Shown piece by piece: positions 55,702 through 62,437 of a DNA stretch of 64,000 nt. The translations under genes were made by a program, and so were the position numbers. Within the stretch, counting starts at the first letter, position 1. Every line of letters begins with the position of its first letter. This stretch comes from a virus, in IMG/VR virus record IMGVR_UViG_3300025018_000101, positions 1-64,000 of that record, one strand, 5' to 3'. The notes under the pieces are model-generated. The model was not told the origin of the DNA, ran no database searches, and saw only the letters and a program-made list of their open reading frames with translations.

Positions 55702-57447
55702 ATGAGCCTCAGCGACCCCCTCGACCTGATGGGTCGGAGTAACGCGCACACCCACCCCATGTACGACTTCCTGACGGGCTTCATGCCGAGGAAGCTCAAG
55801 GACCTGTTCCGGTGGTGTGAATACCTCTACTACCGGAGCCCTCAGATCTTCCGCGCCGCTCAGCGCCTGGCGGACTACGTCATCACCGAGGTGATCTTCT
55901 CGACGGACAACGAGCGCGAGCAGGAGCAGTACGAGAACCTGCTGCTCGAGCACGTCGGCATCATGAGTGCGTTAAAGACCGCGGCGCGCGACCGCGTGAT
56001 CTACGGCAACGGCTTCTACTCGATGTTCTTCCCGAGCAAGAAGATGATTGCCTGCGCGGGGTGCTCTACGGAGTTCGACCTGACGAAGCTGGACTTCGAG
56101 TACGACGGCAAGAAGATGACGTTCGCGGTCATCTGCCCGAAGTGCGGCAAGAACACCAAGCACCCAGCCGAGTCCATCGTCGAGCGCAAGAGCTACGACA
56201 AGAGCGCCATCCGGGTCATCGCGTGGGACCCGAAGCTGATGGACATCGAGTACAACCCGGTGTCTGGAAAGAGCAGGTTCTTCTACAACATTCCTACCTC
56301 GGTCCGGACCGAAGTCGAGCGCAACAACCAGTGGTTCATCTCGCAGTTGCCGATCGGCTTCCTGCGCGCGGTGAGCTTGAACCAGGTGTTCGAGTTCGCC
56401 CCCGGCGCCATCTTCCAGCTCAAGGAGGAGGGCCCGTCGGGGATGCAGTCCCAGTGGGGCATCCCGCCGCTGGCCAGCGTGATGAAGGACTTCTTCTACG
56501 CCGGCGTGCTCCGCAAGGCGAACGAGGCCATCGCGCTCGAGTACACGGTGCCATTCCGGGTCCTGTCCCCTGACGTCGGTGGCGGCGGCGGCTCTCTCAT
56601 CCAGTACTTGAACATCACGAACTGGAAAGAGAACACGATGAGCGAGGTCCGCAAGTGGCGCCGGGACCCGCTCCACATGATGTTCGCTCCCGTCCCTCTA
56701 CTGGTCACCCAGATGGGCGGCCAGGCCCGCTCCCTGCTAGCGACCCCGGAGGTGGAGCAGGCGGAGAACAACATCATGGCGGGCATTGGCATCCCGCGCG
56801 AGTTCGTCTACGGCGGCCTGCAGTTCACCGGGTCGTCGGTGACGCTGCGGATGCTCGAGAACCAGCTCCTGAACGACCGCCGGGATCTGATCCGCCTGGC
56901 GAAGTGGGTCACGGATCGGTGCCGTCGGCACATGGGGTGGGGGCACGTCGGGGTGGACCTGAAGAGCTTCCGCTTCGTCGACGACGTGGCGCAGAAGGGC
57001 ATGCTGTTGCAGGCGGACGCCCAGTACCAGCTCATGTCGAAGGGCACGGTGGCGGAGCTCTTCGACCTGGACCTCAAGCGCGAGGGCGAGCGCAAGGTCC
57101 AGGAGCAGATCGACGACATGGCGCTGCAGACGCGCATGGCCCAGAAGCAGCAGGAGACGACGGGGACGCTGCTGCAGCAGACCCGGGATGAGGCCTCGCA
57201 GATGGCCCAGCAGCAGGCTGGCCAGGGCCAGGCGTTGCCTCCCGAGGACGCCTTCATCACCATGGCACAGCAGATGGTCCCGCAGCTCCTGGCCATGGAG
57301 GAGGGTGACCGCCAGAGCCAGATGTACGGCTTGCGCGGCCAGTCCCTCGTGCTCTACTCCCTGGTGACCGAGATGCTCCAGGAGCAGGACCGCGCGGCGA
57401 AGCAGCAGGTCAGTAGCCAGGTGAAACAGGAGGCCGTGGCGCAATGA
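55702..57447 (+). CDS. portal-like protein with inserted Zn ribbon
   Basis: AAAGGAG RBS; DRVIYGNGF, WGIPPL and MAGIGIPREFVYGG portal-type motifs; Gln-rich C-terminus. Confidence 0.7.
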   Translation: MSLSDPLDLMGRSNAHTHPMYDFLTGFMPRKLKDLFRWCEYLYYRSPQIFRAAQRLADYVITEVIFSTDNEREQEQYENLLLEHVGIMSALKTAARDRVIYGNGFYSMFFPSKKMIACAGCSTEFDLTKLDFEYDGKKMTFAVICPKCGKNTKHPAESIVERKSYDKSAIRVIAWDPKLMDIEYNPVSGKSRFFYNIPTSVRTEVERNNQWFISQLPIGFLRAVSLNQVFEFAPGAIFQLKEEGPSGMQSQWGIPPLASVMKDFFYAGVLRKANEAIALEYTVPFRVLSPDVGGGGGSLIQYLNITNWKENTMSEVRKWRRDPLHMMFAPVPLLVTQMGGQARSLLATPEVEQAENNIMAGIGIPREFVYGGLQFTGSSVTLRMLENQLLNDRRDLIRLAKWVTDRCRRHMGWGHVGVDLKSFRFVDDVAQKGMLLQADAQYQLMSKGTVAELFDLDLKREGERKVQEQIDDMALQTRMAQKQQETTGTLLQQTRDEASQMAQQQAGQGQALPPEDAFITMAQQMVPQLLAMEEGDRQSQMYGLRGQSLVLYSLVTEMLQEQDRAAKQQVSSQVKQEAVAQ

Positions 57448-57824
57448 GCAGCAACCACCACCGGTTCAACGAGTCCTTCAAGTGGTCCGAGCACATGGCG
57501 ACCGCCGGCTACAACGGCAACCCGTCCATTCCTCCGGACCACCCGCTGGCCAGGCTCTTCTCCGACGGGGCGCCCTCGGCTCCAGTCGGACCCGGGTTCG
57601 ACCCGAAGACGTCCAAGGTGCGCTTCCGGCGCTTCGACCTGGACGACGAGGAGGAGCGCGAGGACCTGGAGAACATCCTGACGGACTGCATGCGCGGCCA
57701 GGGCAAGTTCCTCGACAGCCAGACCCTACACACCACCCCTGACGGCCGTGCGATCGTCACGATCTGCTGGGTCGAGTGGGAGGTCCAAACGGCGAAACGG
57801 CCCAAGGGTCTGGACGACGTCTGA
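57444..57824 (+). CDS. hypothetical protein coupled to the portal gene
   Basis: AGGAGG RBS; ATGA overlap. Confidence 0.7.
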   Translation: MSSNHHRFNESFKWSEHMATAGYNGNPSIPPDHPLARLFSDGAPSAPVGPGFDPKTSKVRFRRFDLDDEEEREDLENILTDCMRGQGKFLDSQTLHTTPDGRAIVTICWVEWEVQTAKRPKGLDDV

Positions 57825-57840
57825 GGAGAGGCAGGTCACG

Positions 57841-60261
57841 ATGGCACTGAAACCCGACGTCGTTCTTCAGCCGCACCAGGAGTCGGCACGCACGCGGTTT
57901 CGCGCCAAGCCTGGCTTGCTGATCAACCACGGCCTGGGCTCCGGCAAGACCTTGACGTCGATGGCGCTGGCGGAGGATGTCGGCGGCCGCGCCCTCGTCG
58001 TCGTGCCAGCGTCGCTGCAGGCGAACTACCGGGACCAGTTGCAGAAGTTCGTCACCGAGGACCGACACGGCGACTACGACATCGTCTCCTACGACAAGTT
58101 CAGGGCGGACCCCGAGTCCTATCTCGACAAGGAGCCGTCCGTCCTGATCGTCGATGAGGTCCACCGCCTGCGCAATCCGGGTAAGAACCGGGACGCCATC
58201 GAGATGGCCCGCAAGCGCATCCCGCGCATGGTAGGGATGACGGCCTCGCTCGCCTCGAACACGCCGCTCGAGTCCGTACCCCTGATCAACCTCGTCGCCG
58301 GCAAGAGCGTCATCTCGCAGGCTAAGTTCAAGAGGGATCACATCGGCGAGATCGAGGTGAAGCCTGGCCTCGCGGGCCGACTGCTCGGCGCCGAGTCGGG
58401 CTATGTGCCGGTCATCATCAACCGCAAGGGCCTGCACGACAAGCTCGCCCCCTTCGTCGACAGGTACACGGGCAGCGACGCGTACCGGAAGTCGCTGCCT
58501 GGTCGCGTCGACGAGGTCGTCGAAGTGCCCATGTCGGCCCACCAGAAGGACGTCTACGAGGGCATCATCAACACGAGCCCGGCGCTGGCGTACAAGATCC
58601 GGCAGAACCTCCCGCCGAGCAAGAAGGAGCTCAAGGACCTCAACGCCTTCCAGACCGCGGCGCGTCAGGTCATGAACGCCACCGAGCCGTACGTCGACGT
58701 CCGCGAGGGCCAGGACCTGCCCTCGATGTCGCCGAAGCTCCAGCGCGTCGCGGACGACCTGGCGGCACTGGCGAAGGACGACCCCAACTTCCGCGCCGTC
58801 GTCTACAGCAACTTCCTCGATGCGGGTACGCGCCCCGTGCTGCGCGCCACCGAGACGGCCTCCGGCCTGTACGAGGGCTCGGTGTCCCAGAAGGAGCGCC
58901 AGAGGGTCCTCGCGCGCTACCACTCCGGCGAGGCCCCCGTCCTCGGGCTCAGCCCGGCGGGTGGCGAGGGTCTCGACCTGAAGGGCACCAAGATGATGGC
59001 GGTGCTCGAGAGTCACTGGAACCCCGAGGTCACCAACCAGGCCATCGGCCGCGCCATCCGCTACAAGTCCCACGATCACCTCCCCGAGGACGAGCGCTCT
59101 GTCATCGTCCGCCAGTATCGGTCGGTCTACCCCGACTCGTGGCGCCACCGCATCTCAGGCCGCCCCACGTCCATGGACGAGTACATCGCCACTCGCGCCC
59201 AGGAGAAGGCCACCTTCAACGAGGACTTCATGAACGCACTCGACTCCAAGCCGCGCTCCCGCGGCGTCAAAGCCGCCTTCAAGGTCGCGGGCATCCCCGA
59301 GATGGCCGCGCGCCTGATGGACAGCGACCTCGTCAACTCCAACAGCCTCGGCTACTCCCTGCTCCGCGCCGCCCCCGGCGCCGCCCTCAGCGTCGCCAGC
59401 CTCGGCCTCGGAGCTGGCGTGGCCAGCAGTGAGGACCCCAACGCCCCGCCCCAGTACCGAGCCCAGGGCATGCTCGGCGCGGGCATCGGCATGGGACTGG
59501 CGGGCGCCTTCGCCCCCGCCGTGCTCAAGTCCATCGCGCTCCGTCCAAAGGGACTGATGCTGAACGCAGAGGGCATCGCGGCCGCCCCGCTCGGCGCCCG
59601 GGGCCGGGCGCTCCACCTGGACCCGGCGTTCCTCGACGCGCCGATTCACCCGTCGCACCCCCTGTCGTGGCGCGGGATGCCCTCGGTGGCGGAAGAGCTG
59701 GAGATGAACGGTGGCCGGACCGACAGGCTCCCTGTGACCGGGAACACGGTGCTCGACCTCATGGGCCGGCTCCAGGGTGACCGGCCTCACATCGACGGCC
59801 GCCTGCCCTGGACGGGCGAGAACGCCTTCGACGGCGTCAGGCCGTGGGAGGGGGAGCGCCTCCCTGCCGGCGCTCTGGGCGCAGACCTGGGCGACTACGG
59901 CGCGGAGATCCCTGTGCTCGGCACGTACGGCGACAGGCGCACGATGTCCGCCGCCTACAACACCTCGCGGCGCCAGACCGAAGCGGCCGTCGACGCCGCA
60001 CGAGCCGCCATCGCGAACGCTCCCGAGGGCGCTGACCTGGCCTCGCTCCAGGACGCCCTGGACGAGGCGGAGAGCTCCCACACCCCAGGGGTCTGGTCCT
60101 CGGACGCTACGAAGGCCGTCATGGAGACCAACCCAGAGACGGCCCTCGGCGTGGGCGGCCAACTCGCGAGCCTGGCTGCCAGTGGCCTCGCAGGCATCGG
60201 CGGCTGGTTCGGCGGCAAGGCCCTCGGCCGAGCCCGGGCTGAGCGAGGCGAAGGGACCTAA
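57841..60261 (+). CDS. SNF2-like superfamily 2 helicase fused to an FKVAG-leader glycine-zipper module
   Basis: LQPHQ, HGLGSGKT, IVDEVHRL, GMTAS, GGEGLDL and QAIGRAIR motifs; then MNALDSKPRSRGVKAAFKVAG and GxxxG segments. Confidence 0.85.
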   Translation: MALKPDVVLQPHQESARTRFRAKPGLLINHGLGSGKTLTSMALAEDVGGRALVVVPASLQANYRDQLQKFVTEDRHGDYDIVSYDKFRADPESYLDKEPSVLIVDEVHRLRNPGKNRDAIEMARKRIPRMVGMTASLASNTPLESVPLINLVAGKSVISQAKFKRDHIGEIEVKPGLAGRLLGAESGYVPVIINRKGLHDKLAPFVDRYTGSDAYRKSLPGRVDEVVEVPMSAHQKDVYEGIINTSPALAYKIRQNLPPSKKELKDLNAFQTAARQVMNATEPYVDVREGQDLPSMSPKLQRVADDLAALAKDDPNFRAVVYSNFLDAGTRPVLRATETASGLYEGSVSQKERQRVLARYHSGEAPVLGLSPAGGEGLDLKGTKMMAVLESHWNPEVTNQAIGRAIRYKSHDHLPEDERSVIVRQYRSVYPDSWRHRISGRPTSMDEYIATRAQEKATFNEDFMNALDSKPRSRGVKAAFKVAGIPEMAARLMDSDLVNSNSLGYSLLRAAPGAALSVASLGLGAGVASSEDPNAPPQYRAQGMLGAGIGMGLAGAFAPAVLKSIALRPKGLMLNAEGIAAAPLGARGRALHLDPAFLDAPIHPSHPLSWRGMPSVAEELEMNGGRTDRLPVTGNTVLDLMGRLQGDRPHIDGRLPWTGENAFDGVRPWEGERLPAGALGADLGDYGAEIPVLGTYGDRRTMSAAYNTSRRQTEAAVDAARAAIANAPEGADLASLQDALDEAESSHTPGVWSSDATKAVMETNPETALGVGGQLASLAASGLAGIGGWFGGKALGRARAERGEGT

Positions 60262-60315
60262 AGAAAAGCACCCCCACCCCCGGAGGGGCGGGGGTGGGGG
60301 TGCTTTTCTTTCTAG
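60258..60315. terminator. bidirectional intrinsic terminator
   Basis: CTAAAGAAAAGCACCCCCACCCC...GGGGTGGGGGTGCTTTTCTTTCTAG. Confidence 0.85.
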
Positions 60316-60665
60316 ACCGGCGCGGGCGCCGGCGTCGTCGTCGTCGTCGCCGGGCCGGCGGGGCCGGCGGGGGCGGCTGCGGCTGCGGCCGCAGCCGCAA
60401 CCACCGCCCCCGCCGCCGCCGCCGTCAGGCGACGACGCCGACGCCTGACGGCGACGACGGCGACGGTGGTTGCGGCGACGACGGCGACGGTGGTTGCGGC
60501 GGCTACCGCGACGACTACAGTTCGCTTTTCCATGGTGTCCTCCTGTCCCCGAAGGGACATACGGGCGCCGCCTGGAATAGCGACGCCCCACCTTTCACCC
60601 TGTCCAGCACCCGACGACATGTCGAGCGCCTCCAGGGCGGACTTCCAGACCATCTAGGTCCTTCA
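60312..60665 (-). other. transcription unit with a long RNA hairpin and/or a low-complexity small ORF (60312..60533)
   Basis: Bounded by the promoter motif and a terminator; about 35-bp imperfect inverted repeat with G-U pairs on the minus strand. Confidence 0.45.
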
Positions 60666-60673
60666 GTCAAACT

Positions 60674-60704
60674 CTTATGCCAGTTTTGTCCCGCCATTTG
60701 ACAC
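60674..60704 (-). promoter_or_regulatory. putative phage promoter GTGTCAA-N16-GGCATAAG
   Basis: Recurrent AT-rich motif with conserved spacing. Confidence 0.6.
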
Positions 60705-60717
60705 TTTTCAGTGCCAT

Positions 60718-61290
60718 CTAAAAGAGAGTCACCCATCACACGCTCCGCGGACGACGCGGGCAGTGGTTGTTTGGGTGCGCTCTTCTGCCTTGGGGTGTCG
60801 GCGCCAGCCCCTCTACGCCACGCGTGTCGTCCACGCGTCTTGTAGTCCCTGCCATTTTTCTAAGCGCCAGCAGGCGGCGCGTGGCATGCGTTTCATCATG
60901 CCTCCTGTTCTGATGCTCGTTGCCTTCATGTCGGTGGCATCATCGCCGACAGGGGGAGCCGTACGCCGGCAGCGGTCCAGTCATGACGCTCGGCATGGCT
61001 GGGGCTGGGTGGTTATTTGTTACCGCGCCGGCCACCGGGCGCGTGGAGTCAGGCTCATGGCCCCTCCTGTGACGCGCCCCCGGCAGGGGGAGCGCGGTAA
61101 CTTCGCTGTCTGCCTCGGCCTGCCCCGAGGTGGGTCTTGTTTACGCCTGGGCGCCGACCCTATGTCGTCCAGGACCCAGGCACTACTTCGGGAATCGAAC
61201 CCGACTCGGAGCGAACAGCTCCGGCGCTCCAGCGCAGTGCGTAATGTGGGGGTATAGCAGAGGACATGCTATAGTCTACACCCCTCACAC
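60718..61290 (-). ncRNA. candidate structured ncRNA (about 570 nt) containing a tRNA-like domain
   Basis: Promoter motif at 61296, stem + TTTTAG end at 60718, many stems (e.g. GTTACCGCGC/GCGCGGTAAC), no long minus-strand ORF. Confidence 0.5.
61180..61240 (-). other. tRNA-like element lacking a D-stem (GUU at the anticodon position)
   Basis: 7-bp acceptor GCACTGC/GTAGTGC; 5-bp stem with loop CTGTTCG; T-arm TCGGG-TTCGATT-CCCGA. Confidence 0.6.
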
Positions 61291-61295
61291 AATCT

Positions 61296-61326
61296 CTTAT
61301 GCCTACTTTATACCTCATTATTGCAA
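61296..61326 (-). promoter_or_regulatory. putative phage promoter TTGCAA-N17-GGCATAAG (with a nested GGTATAA)
   Basis: Recurrent motif in a very AT-rich patch. Confidence 0.6.
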
Positions 61327-61327
61327 T

Positions 61328-61353
61328 CTAAAAGAGGGCGCCACTGCGCCCTC
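61328..61353 (-). terminator. intrinsic terminator (hairpin + TTTTAG)
   Basis: CTAAAA-GAGGGCGC CACT GCGCCCTC. Confidence 0.8.
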
Positions 61354-61373
61354 ATGAACCCGCGCGGAGAGCC

Positions 61374-61607
61374 CTATGTGGGCTCCGCCTGCGCGGCCTC
61401 GGCGGCCGCGGACACCAGGACGGCGTCCTCCGGCGCGCCGGGCTCGACGCGCGCCCACCCGCGCGTCGCCGAGGCGGCGCGCAGGGCCGACCGCTGTCGG
61501 TGCTGCTCGGCCGCAGCACCGATGACGATCCCCGTCCCGAGGGCGCCGAGAACCGCGGCGACGCCCCCTACCACGAGGGCCACTACCGAACCGATCGGTC
61601 TATCCAT
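61374..61607 (-). CDS. small membrane protein
   Basis: AAGGAGG RBS; hydrophobic Gly-rich helix VVALVVGGVAAVLGALGTGIVIG. Confidence 0.65.
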   Translation of the reverse strand: MDRPIGSVVALVVGGVAAVLGALGTGIVIGAAAEQHRQRSALRAASATRGWARVEPGAPEDAVLVSAAAEAAQAEPT

Positions 61608-61727
61608 ACCCGGCCCTCCTTCGGCCAGGTGCGACCGCGGCATGCGGTCACTGTTCAGAGGCTTGTACCAACACGAGGGGTGTTGCCGACGGCCGCATCA
61701 GGGCCTTGTTCCGTGAGGCCGCCTCAT

Positions 61728-62022
61728 CTAAAGAAACGCCCCCCCGGAGGAGAGGGTGGCGTTTCCCCCGCCGCCCCGTCGGGCGACAGTGGGACCGAGC
61801 GTCCAGCGCTCGCTTCGAGACAGGGCCTCTCTTCCCTGCCTCGGGCCTCCCTGAGGCCCAACACCCCCTCCGTCGAGGGGGTCGGCCCTGCCACGTCTGA
61901 CAGGGCCGGACGACCGTCGCCATCGAGAAGACGCACCCCGCGAGCTCGTCCCGGGGAAGGAGATTCCACCGACCTCCTGGGGTGCGTCTTGTCGACGGCG
62001 GCGAGACTAATTGCCTCGCTCA
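61728..62022 (-). ncRNA. candidate structured ncRNA (about 295 nt) made of consecutive hairpins
   Basis: Promoter motif at 62027, terminator at 61728-61765, seven or more stems with G-U pairs on the minus strand. Confidence 0.55.
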
Positions 62023-62026
62023 TACT

Positions 62027-62057
62027 CTTATACCTGTCCAGATGCGATGATTGGCAC
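62027..62057 (-). promoter_or_regulatory. putative phage promoter GTGCCAA-N16-GGTATAAG
   Basis: Same spacing as the copy at 60674. Confidence 0.6.
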
Positions 62058-62063
62058 TACCTG

Positions 62064-62101
62064 CTAAAAGAGAGCGACGGGGCAGAAGCCCCGCCGCTCT
62101 C
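62064..62101 (-). terminator. intrinsic terminator (hairpin + TTTTAG)
   Basis: CTAAAA-GAGAGCGACGGGGC AGAA GCCCCGCCGCTCTC. Confidence 0.8.
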
Positions 62102-62107
62102 CTCCGC

Positions 62108-62290
62108 CTACGCCGCCCGCCTCCTGACGGCGACGTAGGCGCCCACGGCCCTTTGAGGCACGTGGGGCCCGCCCGCTCGGGGCGGGCAATACCGGCGCCA
62201 GACGAGTCTGGCGCCGGCGAATTTCTGGGCGGCGTCGAGGGTGCTGAACACCGCGACGCCGCCCGGGGCCTGGACGCAGTACAGAATCAT
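62108..62290 (-). CDS. small hypothetical protein (MILYCVQ...)
   Basis: AAGGAGG RBS; lies between the GGCATAAG at 62363-62370 and a terminator. Confidence 0.55.
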   Translation of the reverse strand: MILYCVQAPGGVAVFSTLDAAQKFAGARLVWRRYCPPRAGGPHVPQRAVGAYVAVRRRAA

Positions 62291-62437
62291 GACGGCCTCC
62301 TTGGCCTCCGGCGAGTTCGACAGCCCCATGCTGTCGTCCCATCTCGCCGGGTGTGTCAAAGCCTTATGCCACTCGACTGAGACAGCGGCAGGACGTACAG
62401 TAAGCGAGGAGCGCGTTCTTGCCACGGGAGATCATCG

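Noticed and set aside
60698-60725. TTGACA as a plus-strand sigma-70 -35 box
   Set aside because: No -10 box at proper spacing and no convincing plus-strand gene follows; better explained as the upstream element of the minus-strand motif.
61180-61240. Canonical tRNA-Asn or tmRNA
   Set aside because: Only 61 nt, no proper D-stem, no CCA, C at position 37, and no G3-U70 alanine identity pair; kept only as a tRNA-like element.
60763-61257. Plus-strand 164-aa ORF
   Set aside because: No RBS, atypical codon usage, and it overlaps the minus-strand structured unit defined by promoter, terminator and G-U polarity.
61662-61669. GGTACAAG as the promoter of the 61374..61607 gene
   Set aside because: One mismatch and the CAA element is only 13 nt away; plausible but too weak to annotate.
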